Source: a virus. From it: a stretch of DNA of 64,000 nt. Below the pieces are notes generated by a model. That model was not told the DNA's origin, did no database searches, and was given only the letters and a program-made list of their open reading frames with translations. Positions 39,576 through 49,007 of this stretch are shown here, in pieces. Where the stretch lies: positions 1 to 64,000 of IMG/VR virus record IMGVR_UViG_3300028559_000026, one strand, 5' to 3'. Position numbers and translations under genes: made by a program. Every line of letters starts with the position of its first letter. Position 1 is the first letter of the stretch.

Positions 39576-39836
39576 CTACGGTCTGTTATAAATGCCCTTG
39601 ACAGATTGATATGGCGTATACCACCCTTTAGGTTTTGGGGCCGCTGCATGCTTGATTTGGTCATGTTTTGGGTCGTTATGCTTCCAGGAAAAGGAATCGG
39701 AATGGAATGTAATTTTCCCCTTGCATTCATGGCATGGAGATACATCACCATTACGTGGCTCTGCTTTGGATAGCTTCATCACGTCAAGTAATAGTCGGGC
39801 TAGTGGGAGTACTTCTTGTAATTGATTAGATACCAT
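39576..39836 (-). CDS. small putative head cargo protein
   Basis: AATCT-N7-ATG; N-terminal LPLARLLLDVMKLSKAE. Confidence 0.6.
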   Translation of the reverse strand: MVSNQLQEVLPLARLLLDVMKLSKAEPRNGDVSPCHECKGKITFHSDSFSWKHNDPKHDQIKHAAAPKPKGWYTPYQSVKGIYNRP

Positions 39837-39843
39837 AAAAAAG

Positions 39844-39848
39844 AGATT
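39844..39848 (-). promoter_or_regulatory. AATCT-N7-start late-promoter motif
   Basis: AATCT ctttttt ATG(39836). Confidence 0.7.
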
Positions 39849-39920
39849 GTTATGCGTAAAGCCGCTTCTGTCTTGATGTAATCTACAAAATCTACATTAA
39901 CATAACAACTGAATCCTTCT

Positions 39921-39925
39921 AATCT
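39921..39925 (+). promoter_or_regulatory. AATCT-N7-start motif (plus strand)
   Basis: AATCT cttatag ATG(39933). Confidence 0.55.
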
Positions 39926-39932
39926 CTTATAG

Positions 39933-40142
39933 ATGAAGGGTCGCATTAACGGTCTGGTGCGTTATGTACCAGAAGCTCGGAAATGTAGCACACACGGTAT
40001 CACAGCACATCTGTGCGATGTGATATGTCAGTGCGGCCACAAGTGTCGTAGTCATCGGCGTAATCATCCACGTCAATGCCTATTTTATGCTTTACCACAT
40101 AAGTCGTGTAGATGTACGAGATTTATGGGTAAAATTATTTAA
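39933..40142 (+). CDS. small Cys/His-rich zinc-binding protein
   Basis: CQCGH...H...C...C.C..F; supported by the promoter motif. Confidence 0.55.
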   Translation: MKGRINGLVRYVPEARKCSTHGITAHLCDVICQCGHKCRSHRRNHPRQCLFYALPHKSCRCTRFMGKII

Positions 40143-41406
40143 CCCACAACATATTAATACTCAAATCCAGGTCTGCCAGTGGCAATAGCTTGACTGTTTT
40201 GATACGGTCAAGCACTTCATTAGGCTGTAGATGATACATGGTAATAGTTTTAGATACTTTGTCTGTATCTATCTGATTAATCCATTGGTATATCTCGGTG
40301 ATTGCCATCTGGTTAGTGCGTGGCATTATCTTGGCCTTATCCTCTAAGGATAGGTTATTGAACTTAGACAACGCCCATGCACGTAGATAGAACGGGACGA
40401 ATGAATACTTATCTCGTGCTGGATCAAAACCTTCTCTGAAAGTCGCCCCATGGTCGATAAGTGCCACTTTCTTTTCATGCGACACCATCATATTACGGCC
40501 ATGTCTATCAGGATTAGCTAGTATCCAATCAAGAACAGCCCAACGATGTAGTGCCCCACTATCCAGGTATGGCTTTAGGGCAAGTCTTGATAGTCCTGGG
40601 TTGCTTTCCTCTTCATCTTCCAGCAGATGGAAAGTATTGTTAAGCATTTTGATAGCTGCCATTTTATTGACACCAATCTGGAGCCAATCAGCCTTTGGTA
40701 TGTATTGACCTAGAGCTAATTCCTCTGCCACATAGTAAAAGGCGGCTTCTTTTTGTGCCTGTCCCGAGCTGTCGTCTGGCTTAAGAAAGAATGTGGTTTG
40801 TGTTTCTGGATCGGTACCAACCATAGCGCCAGTCGAGTGCTTGCCATGAAAGGACGCTGTAAAGACCTTATTGTCATTAAAGGCCCTGGTTAAGGCCTCT
40901 GCGGAATCCTTACCCTCCGGTACTACTGATAGAGCAGATATTGGCTCTACTTCTTGTTTGACTGATGCCTCTGGCACTCTATTAGAAATATTGATCCATG
41001 CAGCCACCGCCTTGACATTTTCGTCCGAAACGGGCTGTTTGTATGCTTGCAGTGCGGCCTTCTTACTATCACCATCCTCATCCCATAAGAATGCGCGCAT
41101 TTCATCATTACTGATGGGCTTGCCATTAGTCATGAATCGCACTGCTTCAAAAGCCTTGTCTTTGTCTAATATCTCATTCTTTATCAATTCAGGCTCTACA
41201 TCAGACAATAGGCCGTCATCCTCTTCAATATGAAGATCAAACATCTGCTGTGCTGAAACTATATGTAGCAAATCAATCAATGTTGTTTCGCTACCATATT
41301 GCGATAGCCATGGCATTTCAATCATTAGTTGATTGCGGATATCCTCCGATGTACCCTCTATCGGGGTGGATGTATCGAGATACACATTATGTAGGATTAT
41401 TTTCAT
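40135..41406 (-). CDS. PI3/PI4-kinase-like (HipA-like) atypical kinase
   Basis: FFLKP, EAAFY, LDWILANPDRHGRN, LIDHGATF. Confidence 0.8.
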   Translation of the reverse strand: MKIILHNVYLDTSTPIEGTSEDIRNQLMIEMPWLSQYGSETTLIDLLHIVSAQQMFDLHIEEDDGLLSDVEPELIKNEILDKDKAFEAVRFMTNGKPISNDEMRAFLWDEDGDSKKAALQAYKQPVSDENVKAVAAWINISNRVPEASVKQEVEPISALSVVPEGKDSAEALTRAFNDNKVFTASFHGKHSTGAMVGTDPETQTTFFLKPDDSSGQAQKEAAFYYVAEELALGQYIPKADWLQIGVNKMAAIKMLNNTFHLLEDEEESNPGLSRLALKPYLDSGALHRWAVLDWILANPDRHGRNMMVSHEKKVALIDHGATFREGFDPARDKYSFVPFYLRAWALSKFNNLSLEDKAKIMPRTNQMAITEIYQWINQIDTDKVSKTITMYHLQPNEVLDRIKTVKLLPLADLDLSINMLWVK

Positions 41407-44318
41407 TTCTTGTTTTCCTGTTCATAGCGATCCAGCCACTGCATAAGTTGTCTTGGAGTTTGATGGTTAGTGAGGTTACTACTTTGATTTCTATTGGTAA
41501 TCCTATACTTACCACCATATTCCTCATAATTGATATCATGCCCCTTAGCCTGCATACCCTCAATGCGTGTATGTAGAGCACGATACGTCACTCTGGGTAA
41601 AGCAGGGGCTGTCGGCGGTTTGACGATTTCTGGGTTCAGTGAATCGTGATACCATCTATCCCCAAAGTTCTCTACACCAAATTTACCAATATCATCAAGC
41701 ATATCTGCGCGTTGATGAAAATTAGTGCGGATATGCTCTCTGATACGTTCATTCTTAATATGCCTTAATTGGTTATCCATCTCTGCTCTAACCTTAGAGC
41801 CGTTTTCTCCCCACCACTCAAATGCTGGACGATAGTTGTCCATTAGCTTCATTTTTTCGTCAGGACCCGATGGGTGTGGTGAATTAGTCGCTGTACTGCG
41901 ACCGACGCTATATGGATCAACAGTGCTGATGGCTGTATCAAAATGGTAATTCGAGAAGTTGTCTTCTTTGTGTCGATCTTGTGCTACTTCAGTATCTGAC
42001 GACCTGCTGTGGCGTTTAGCTCTGTGATACTGGAAGGATCGGGGATGGTCAATGGCAAGGATTTGTCCTTGATCGTTATACATCAAGTTTCCGCCATGCC
42101 GATCATGGTTGTTGGTTAAAAAATCCATGATAGCTATCTTACGGACATCAGCTCTTGATTGATCAGTGGTTGGTCTTTGTTTTTCCTGATTTAACATCAT
42201 TACAGGCTTAAAACCATGGTCCATCTTAATAACTAGGGATGGTTCATTCTCGAATCCCGGCCCCATATTATGCTCTTGAACATGCACCTTTTGATGTAGA
42301 TGGCCTATACCACCAGCATGGTAGAGTGCTTGGTTGGCCATTTCAGCCCATCCCTGAATGGGGTGTTTCTGGTATCTAATATTCCTCTCTAGGAGTTTTT
42401 CATGGTATGGTTTAACCATATATCTGGTATTGTTAGGCTCACCAGCGATTGGCTCAGTACCATACACCAACTTCCTAGAAATACCCATATCCCTTGAGGT
42501 TTCTTTAGCTTTGTGAGGCTTCACTACTCCTGGTGCATTCACAATATTGGTGTGGTAGTTGTCTACAAAATGTTGAATAGATGATGGGTGTGCATCCATC
42601 TGTCCTTTGTGGTCTACTACATCTCGTCCAGCAGTGTCAGTAGCGCGCACAATGGACTTGAAATGTCCGGGGTCCACACTTTTGGCTAGTGTCTCAGATT
42701 TCTGCACATCCGTCTTACCAGACATTGCCATATACGCTTGGTTCTGTTCTGGTGTGGCTACTCGTGACTTGATAGCTCTAGCAATCAAATCCAGGTCTGC
42801 ACTAGCAATGGCATTGTCTACGTAAGATGAGTTAAGATCGGGTGATGGTGACTCAAAGACAGCAGCTCTGACATCTGGGTGTATGTCTCTCAAAGCATTG
42901 TCTAGATGCTTGGCAGTGACGTTATAGCCCGTAAGCGCGTTGCGGCGTACTTGTGCGTCAGAGTCAGGGTCAGCACTGGCAGTTTGGCCATGGGCTAGAA
43001 TATCGTCAATCAGATCTGGCGGCAGGTCCGGGTTGGATGATGCAGCTAGTCTCAGACCAATCTGGTTGCTCTGTAGAGCGGCGCGGAGTGATTGTGGCGA
43101 CACTGCCCCATGCTTCAAAGCGTCCACCGCCATAGAGCCTTGCAGGGGCGTTGCTGACGATAGGGCTGCGCTTACTACACCATCTAAAATATCGGGTGGG
43201 CAGACTGGATGCCGCACTACCAGATGTCTAATGTCTTCACACGAAGGATTGGACCACATATCTCTCAGCAGGGATCTGTTAAGTTGTGGGTGTGAGGCGA
43301 TTGCTTGAAATACCGCGCGGTCCTGCACATCGCCTGGATTATGGCTTACCGTATCGTATAGAGCTGATAGATGGTCTGGTCCAATATCATCTCTGCTTAG
43401 TGCGTCTAGCTGAAGTGCATGTCGATTCTTAATACGCATCAACAGCATTAACAGGTCGCCCTTCATATCATTGTGATGCAGGGCGGCTTGCTGAAGTGTG
43501 GGGTCTTCACTGTATAGACCCTTAGCAATCTGTTGTGGAGATACACCATCCAGTTTCAAAGCCATTGAGCGTTCGTGTGGATTGGGATGATTCATTAAAT
43601 CATCAATCTCGTTTTTCACCAGCAATGGTTGTGGCTTAGAATCAGTCAAAACAGGATTTTCAAACTCCTCAGTTAGAGACTTGACAATATCCAAAACCAC
43701 AGGTGTGTTAGGTGAGTGACCGATAAACCCATCTTGGTCATGCCACTCGATATACATCGTACCTGGATAGTATGGATCAATACGCACCTTTGCTTTGATG
43801 TTCGACTTCCCACACCATTCAGCCTTATCCATGTGCTGAATAAAGGACGCTAGAAAAGCAGGCTCAAACTTCTCGATGGTTTCTTTCTGAAGACCAAGTA
43901 GCCGCAAGGTGATGTTTTTAGGTGCGTGTAAGTTGCTAGCCACCTTGTCTGGAAGTCCATTAGAGATATCAATCCACTCCCATGTCTCGACCTCATTGTC
44001 TGGGTCGTTTTCACTGGTTGGGGTTTGGTCAGTGACAGTGCGATAGGAGTGGATACGGTACTTGCCCGATGTACCTTCACCAAGTCTTGTAAGGTCATGC
44101 GCGTCAATTCCAGCCTCTTCCTTGGCTTCTCTACGCGCACCACCTTCTGGCGATTCATTCTCTTCCAGATGTCCACCAGGAGTGGTGTATTTACCAGAAT
44201 CTCGCCTCTTACCCATCAGTATGGCTGTACCTTCGGTATTGAAAATAGCTATGCTGGCCACATCAATAGGGTCTTTGACTCTTTCGGACTTGCCCAATTT
44301 TCGGAATTTATTATACAT
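41403..44318 (-). CDS. Nudix hydrolase + HEAT-like repeats + PI3/PI4K-like kinase
   Basis: Nudix box GGHLEENESPEGGARREAKEEAGI; HEAT-like VRRNAL/VRAAV/LRLAA; MDFLTNNHDRHGGN...AIDHPRSF; ATG 44318 preferred. Confidence 0.85.
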   Translation of the reverse strand: MYNKFRKLGKSERVKDPIDVASIAIFNTEGTAILMGKRRDSGKYTTPGGHLEENESPEGGARREAKEEAGIDAHDLTRLGEGTSGKYRIHSYRTVTDQTPTSENDPDNEVETWEWIDISNGLPDKVASNLHAPKNITLRLLGLQKETIEKFEPAFLASFIQHMDKAEWCGKSNIKAKVRIDPYYPGTMYIEWHDQDGFIGHSPNTPVVLDIVKSLTEEFENPVLTDSKPQPLLVKNEIDDLMNHPNPHERSMALKLDGVSPQQIAKGLYSEDPTLQQAALHHNDMKGDLLMLLMRIKNRHALQLDALSRDDIGPDHLSALYDTVSHNPGDVQDRAVFQAIASHPQLNRSLLRDMWSNPSCEDIRHLVVRHPVCPPDILDGVVSAALSSATPLQGSMAVDALKHGAVSPQSLRAALQSNQIGLRLAASSNPDLPPDLIDDILAHGQTASADPDSDAQVRRNALTGYNVTAKHLDNALRDIHPDVRAAVFESPSPDLNSSYVDNAIASADLDLIARAIKSRVATPEQNQAYMAMSGKTDVQKSETLAKSVDPGHFKSIVRATDTAGRDVVDHKGQMDAHPSSIQHFVDNYHTNIVNAPGVVKPHKAKETSRDMGISRKLVYGTEPIAGEPNNTRYMVKPYHEKLLERNIRYQKHPIQGWAEMANQALYHAGGIGHLHQKVHVQEHNMGPGFENEPSLVIKMDHGFKPVMMLNQEKQRPTTDQSRADVRKIAIMDFLTNNHDRHGGNLMYNDQGQILAIDHPRSFQYHRAKRHSRSSDTEVAQDRHKEDNFSNYHFDTAISTVDPYSVGRSTATNSPHPSGPDEKMKLMDNYRPAFEWWGENGSKVRAEMDNQLRHIKNERIREHIRTNFHQRADMLDDIGKFGVENFGDRWYHDSLNPEIVKPPTAPALPRVTYRALHTRIEGMQAKGHDINYEEYGGKYRITNRNQSSNLTNHQTPRQLMQWLDRYEQENKK

Positions 44319-45174
44319 TGCTAGAAAACACCTTGAGTCCTGATAGGTTTTTGATTTTTTTGATATACGCATCTCTTTCCTGGGAGAGCTTATTTACCAA
44401 AGTATCGTATACTTGTGGTCCTGGGCCAGATGTGGATTGCGACAATCCATCAATCCCTAAACTAGCTGAAGTAGCCAAACCTGCAGAAGCTGCTAGCATT
44501 GCTAGAATATCTATAGCAGCAACAATACCAATCAGATAGTTAAGGACACGGGGCAGCATTCCATCTTTATATCCACAAGTATACGAAATCTGCCAAAAAG
44601 CCGGTATCCAGTGCTTGTAGGACATGAATGAAAGAAACGCAGCACCACCACCAGCTTGGCTGTTTACCACAAGGCCGTTCATATCTGGGGTCGAAATGGT
44701 CATAGGAATAATGTTGATTTGCCCCCGGATAAGGTACGCAGTTTCAACCCACTCCAAAGGCACGGTAAATACATCAACGCCATTACTAGGCGTGACGGTT
44801 AGACTTTCAATGGACGATACAGGTCGATTCTTAGTCATCATATAACCAAACGACTCATATTGATTGCGGTCAAATGGATACTTCTCTTTGAAAGAGACTG
44901 GAAAGATAATGGTGCCAGTTAGCATTTCGACCTTGCTAACTGCAACTAAAATTAATCCCTTTATATCCTCATCCGTGATTTCACTTCTCTTCTTAGTGAC
45001 TGGATGTGGTATCCAGCTTACAAGGGGAATGCCAAACAAATGCCGACGGCGTAAGGTAGCTGCATCAATAAGCGGTTCTAGTCGGTCCCAACCCGCAGTG
45101 TCAATTGCGTTTTGTGGATATATCTCACCAGCCTTGGAGCCAGTGGCATACTTGGATTTAGAGAAATCGGTCAT
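44311..45174 (-). CDS. probable head-tail adaptor/neck protein
   Basis: LFGIPL, RPVSSIE, P..W.I.Y.CG, SLGIDGLSQS; just downstream of the capsid block. Confidence 0.65.
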   Translation of the reverse strand: MTDFSKSKYATGSKAGEIYPQNAIDTAGWDRLEPLIDAATLRRRHLFGIPLVSWIPHPVTKKRSEITDEDIKGLILVAVSKVEMLTGTIIFPVSFKEKYPFDRNQYESFGYMMTKNRPVSSIESLTVTPSNGVDVFTVPLEWVETAYLIRGQINIIPMTISTPDMNGLVVNSQAGGGAAFLSFMSYKHWIPAFWQISYTCGYKDGMLPRVLNYLIGIVAAIDILAMLAASAGLATSASLGIDGLSQSTSGPGPQVYDTLVNKLSQERDAYIKKIKNLSGLKVFSSNV

Positions 45175-45582
45175 TTAGACACCACTATCTGCAGCAGCAA
45201 TTGCTGGTTGTAAAGTGCCGTAAAGCGTTTGTGACCCCTCTACTAGCTTCAAACGCATTTGGACTGTACCCCTAATTTTGTCGGTAGGCAGTAGGGTAAT
45301 TTTCCAAATGCTGCTGTCTTGGTTAGGATATGGCAATGTAGCCATTCTGATAATGGTTTTGGCACTATCCAATGACTCAAAGGTGATTTGAAGTGTGGCT
45401 CCTACCGCAGCAGCGTATCGGCGATACGCTGGCTTGAAGCCTTCATCAGAAGTGTCTAGTGTAGTATCAATAAGCTGTAGGTAGAGGGGTGCTGTATCAC
45501 CGACTGACATCTGCCAAACATCGGTGGTTCTATATCGGTTTACACTACATATATCTTTAAGTGGGCGGGCTGATAACGACAT
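45175..45582 (-). CDS. small virion structural protein
   Basis: GD...LY.QL, D.SIW; AATCT-N7 start. Confidence 0.55.
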   Translation of the reverse strand: MSLSARPLKDICSVNRYRTTDVWQMSVGDTAPLYLQLIDTTLDTSDEGFKPAYRRYAAAVGATLQITFESLDSAKTIIRMATLPYPNQDSSIWKITLLPTDKIRGTVQMRLKLVEGSQTLYGTLQPAIAAADSGV

Positions 45583-45589
45583 ATCAGCA

Positions 45590-45594
45590 AGATT
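45590..45594 (-). promoter_or_regulatory. AATCT-N7-start late-promoter motif
   Basis: AATCT tgctgat ATG(45582). Confidence 0.7.
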
Positions 45595-45599
45595 GGTAC

Positions 45600-45950
45600 T
45601 TAATTGAGTAGTGCAGCTTTACGACGTGCTTCAGAGTCCAGAAGTTCTCCGATAAGACGGTCAGATAGGCGGCGATAATAACTGTCTGATGCTCTACACT
45701 TGTTTGAGCAGTACAGTTTAGTGGTGGTAGGGAACTTGGCATTAACCAGAATTCGGAAAGACTTATTGCATCGACCACTCATGCACTTAAATACACCAAA
45801 CGATTTGACTGGAAGCCAGCCAACACTATTTCTGAGTATAGAAAGCTCAAAACGAAATGGCATCTTGTTAACGCGGATAACAGTTGTTGTGTCCCAATGT
45901 GGAGTAGGAAGATGTTTGAGAGCGATGCTGAAACCTTGTTTTTCGTTCAT
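45600..45950 (-). CDS. hypothetical protein with zinc finger
   Basis: CMSGRCNKSF...YCSNKCR. Confidence 0.5.
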   Translation of the reverse strand: MNEKQGFSIALKHLPTPHWDTTTVIRVNKMPFRFELSILRNSVGWLPVKSFGVFKCMSGRCNKSFRILVNAKFPTTTKLYCSNKCRASDSYYRRLSDRLIGELLDSEARRKAALLN

Positions 45951-45994
45951 ACAGCTTTATAGCGCAATGAATTTGGCTACGCTATTTGGAAGGT

Positions 45995-46272
45995 ATGAAA
46001 ACTCCTGAACAGAAGAAAAAGAAGAGAAAAATAGTAAATGTAAGATCTGTTTCTCTACAGAACCTAAAGGTTTTGGTAGATTTCATGTTGATCACGATCA
46101 TCAAACGGGCAAAGTACGAGGTCTACTATGTAGTCATTGCAATGTGGGCTTAGGACACTTCAAAGAAAATGCCGCACTCTTGCGAGATGCGGCATCTTAC
46201 GTAGAAACTGAAGGAGTGGACATGATCCACACCTATGTACCTGATTTAGCTGCCGAAAACAGCACCACGTAG
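45995..46272 (+). pseudogene. Endonuclease VII-like (HNH) homing endonuclease remnant
   Basis: Unannotated frame 46009..46272: KCKIC...FHVDHDHQTGKVRGLLCSHCNVGLGHFKEN; no in-frame start. Confidence 0.75.
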
Positions 46273-47658
46273 GTTGTCGATCAGTACATTGCGTCTCGGC
46301 TGAAAGCACTTCAACGTGCAAAACCTAAAATGACATTCTGGCTGACTCAGATCGGTCACTGCCAGCTTCAGACGGGAGTACGGGGTAAGCTCCGCAATCT
46401 CCATCGTATCACCCTGCAGCAAGAAGCCAGTCACGAAACCCGGAACCTTATTGCCAAGGTCATCAAAAATGGTGGTGCCAGCGCCACCATCCAGAACCAC
46501 TCGGCCAATGTAACGCGCCTTGCTGCCACCAGCCTCAGTACGATACACATTGAAGAACCGAGCCACACCGCTAACTGGATGCGTGATAGTGAGGCGAAGG
46601 ACATCGCCAGCAGCAGCCACAGTGACAGTCACAGCCGCAGTACGTGGGCTCTCACCAATCTCATTGCCCGAGGTCACAAAGTACGTATACTTCTCAGCAG
46701 CCGCGAAGGCAGTAACAACATTGGCAACCGTAACAGAAGCCACAGCGAGGTTGGCAGGGGCAGCAGGACCGTTGGGACGGGGACGTGCTGGTGAGGTCTT
46801 GCCACTGAGGAAACGTGAAGCCTCGATAGCGATCTGCTCGCCTGAAGTCCACTGCTTACGAAGCGATGCGCCAGTTGCCTCCTGAGGAGAGCCAGCCAGC
46901 ATAACACGCTGCATACCGTACACAATCTTGTTGTACGCACTGAGAACCTTCGGATCAACAACCAGCTTGTCAGCGCTACCCATGTTCATCGCAGAACGAA
47001 CCTGAGCATCTTCGATATTCGCCTGGGTGAGCGTCCCGCCACCGGGGATCACAACCGACTCATCCGAGCCATATTCCGAGAACATCAGATCCTGGGTATT
47101 AGCCTGGGCATCCGACTGACGAATCTGGAGATCCAGACCACGCATGTTAGGCAGAGCTGGGATAGCACCAGGATGGCCATCGAAAACACCACCATTGCTA
47201 AAGTCTGCACAACCCCGGAACAAATCAAACTCAATGTCCCCTGCGATGCGCTTTGCCGCATCAGTTGCCATACGCTCCGAACCCTTAACACCATCAACAG
47301 TATCAACCATATCGGCAACAATCGTCACTCGACGCACTTCCGAATAGAAGCACATTGGGACCGTGATGCGGACAAAGTTGCTAGTCTCTTCATTACCAAC
47401 GCCGCCTTCAAGCTGGGCGCTACCACCAAACTGGCCATAGCTTAGCTGACGAGTAAACTGCGCCAGATTCGACTTACACGACTTCACCTTCAGCATACGC
47501 TGCAGCTTAATGGCGCTATCATCGTAGGTCACGTTGTGCATGACGGGCGACAAGTCTTCAATCTGAATTGCACTGCCCTGCGTCAATGTCCCCGGCGCGG
47601 CATTGTACGAGCCCGCTTCAAGGGCTTTGATTAGATCCTGAATTTGATTCATTTCCAT
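46246..47658 (-). CDS. Major capsid protein
   Basis: 470 aa; LIKALEAG...LTQGSAIQIEDL resembles Twort/SPO1-type capsid N-termini; IEFDLFRG; follows the scaffold. Confidence 0.88.
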   Translation of the reverse strand: MEMNQIQDLIKALEAGSYNAAPGTLTQGSAIQIEDLSPVMHNVTYDDSAIKLQRMLKVKSCKSNLAQFTRQLSYGQFGGSAQLEGGVGNEETSNFVRITVPMCFYSEVRRVTIVADMVDTVDGVKGSERMATDAAKRIAGDIEFDLFRGCADFSNGGVFDGHPGAIPALPNMRGLDLQIRQSDAQANTQDLMFSEYGSDESVVIPGGGTLTQANIEDAQVRSAMNMGSADKLVVDPKVLSAYNKIVYGMQRVMLAGSPQEATGASLRKQWTSGEQIAIEASRFLSGKTSPARPRPNGPAAPANLAVASVTVANVVTAFAAAEKYTYFVTSGNEIGESPRTAAVTVTVAAAGDVLRLTITHPVSGVARFFNVYRTEAGGSKARYIGRVVLDGGAGTTIFDDLGNKVPGFVTGFLLQGDTMEIAELTPYSRLKLAVTDLSQPECHFRFCTLKCFQPRRNVLIDNLRGAVFGS

Positions 47659-47672
47659 AGTAGATTTTTCCT

Positions 47673-48446
47673 TTACTTTACGAACAAGCCCGCGAGGCCA
47701 GTAATGGTTTGAAGGAGAGCTGGGTTCTGCTGTCCTCGGTTATAATAATCATTGATAAGATCACGCTCATGCTTACTCAGCTTCGACTGGTCTGGGTCAC
47801 GACACAGAGCAACCAGCTTGGCATGCAGCTCTGCCTTGTTTAGTGGCTTGGCAGGAGCAGCCGCAGTACCTAGACGAGCAGCAGCGTTAGCACCGGTAAC
47901 AGCCTTCTGACCAACACGGGGAGTAGGCTTACGCGAATCTTCCAGGGACTTCTTCAAATCAATGCAGACAGCTTTCAGATTGGCAATCTCACTCTTCATG
48001 GCTGCCATCTCTGGACCACCCTGTGGGGGCGGGGAAGCCTGTCCTTGACCCTGTGGCGGGCCACCAGCACCTGCAGCACCAGCCGCAGCTTGATATGCCT
48101 GCGTAGCCGCTTCCAGGTGCATCTTCAGCTCCTCTGGAGGCAACTGTGAATACTGCTGTACCAATTCCTCCATCGAAGGAGGTGCATCATCACCAGGAGC
48201 GCCACCGGGGGCACCTTGTTCAGCACCGGACTCTTCACCAGGAGCGGTACCAGGAGGGGCATCCGAAGCGCCTGGAGTCTCTGCAGCACCCTCAGAAGCT
48301 GGGGGAGCACCACCACCATCGGCAGCGCCGGGACCATCAGTGTCATCCTCTTCGCCAAGACCCTTCTTGAGCGAATTCACCTCATTAAGCAAAAGGCTGG
48401 AGAGAATCCCCTTAACCTCTTGGACTGTTTGATCTAGATTTTTCAT
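47673..48446 (-). CDS. Capsid scaffold-like protein
   Basis: Pro/Gly/Ala/acidic linker, coiled coil, MKSE/LKKS/LNKAE; immediately upstream of the capsid gene. Confidence 0.65.
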   Translation of the reverse strand: MKNLDQTVQEVKGILSSLLLNEVNSLKKGLGEEDDTDGPGAADGGGAPPASEGAAETPGASDAPPGTAPGEESGAEQGAPGGAPGDDAPPSMEELVQQYSQLPPEELKMHLEAATQAYQAAAGAAGAGGPPQGQGQASPPPQGGPEMAAMKSEIANLKAVCIDLKKSLEDSRKPTPRVGQKAVTGANAAARLGTAAAPAKPLNKAELHAKLVALCRDPDQSKLSKHERDLINDYYNRGQQNPALLQTITGLAGLFVK

Positions 48447-48459
48447 ATGGTCACTCCTA

Positions 48460-48915
48460 TTACTGCTGAGCCGTCATCTTGTTGTATAGATCGGCCTCAA
48501 TCACAGCGGTGATATTGGCGTCAATGAATTGGGCCGCAGAAGGTGCAGTGCCGTTGGTGGACTGATACAGACGGACCTTGGTGCCACGAACCGACAAAAC
48601 AGAAACAATGGTCATAATGAGGTAGTCAACATTCAGAGCCACACCAGCCTCACGGACAAACTGAATCTCGTGAACCGAATACACGCGCTGGGGAAGACCA
48701 ATAACATCAACAGGCAGCGGCCAATCAAGAGGCTTGACCTTAACCAGACCACCAGCCGCACCAATAACACCAGTACCGATCTTAATCAGTGGGTTCTGGT
48801 CGGTATCAAAACTCATTTCGGCAACCACTACCGGGGTAGGGATCTTCTGCAAACGCAGATTTAGCTCGTCCCGCAGAGCACGGGCAATTTCAGTCGCTTT
48901 CGTCGTTGTAGCCAT
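48460..48915 (-). CDS. probable capsid-associated (decoration) protein
   Basis: First gene of the capsid block; strong SD. Confidence 0.5.
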   Translation of the reverse strand: MATTTKATEIARALRDELNLRLQKIPTPVVVAEMSFDTDQNPLIKIGTGVIGAAGGLVKVKPLDWPLPVDVIGLPQRVYSVHEIQFVREAGVALNVDYLIMTIVSVLSVRGTKVRLYQSTNGTAPSAAQFIDANITAVIEADLYNKMTAQQ

Positions 48916-48960
48916 ATTTGGGAATCCTTTACGTTAAATGTTAACTAACAGCTAATTAAC

Positions 48961-48965
48961 AGATT
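48961..48965 (-). promoter_or_regulatory. AATCT late-promoter motif (leadered variant) for the capsid operon
   Basis: AATCT 45 nt upstream of ATG 48915, AAAGGA SD between. Confidence 0.5.
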
Positions 48966-48995
48966 ATGGCAATATTTATACAAAAAATTTGACAC

Positions 48996-49000
48996 AATCT
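48996..49000 (+). promoter_or_regulatory. AATCT-N7-start motif (plus strand)
   Basis: AATCTAAGGATTATG(49008), identical 15-mer to the site before 50058. Confidence 0.55.
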
Positions 49001-49007
49001 AAGGATT

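Noticed and set aside
47662-47666. AATCT before the major capsid gene
   Set aside because: Only 3 nt from the ATG and downstream of an AAAGGA SD inside an operon; not counted as a promoter
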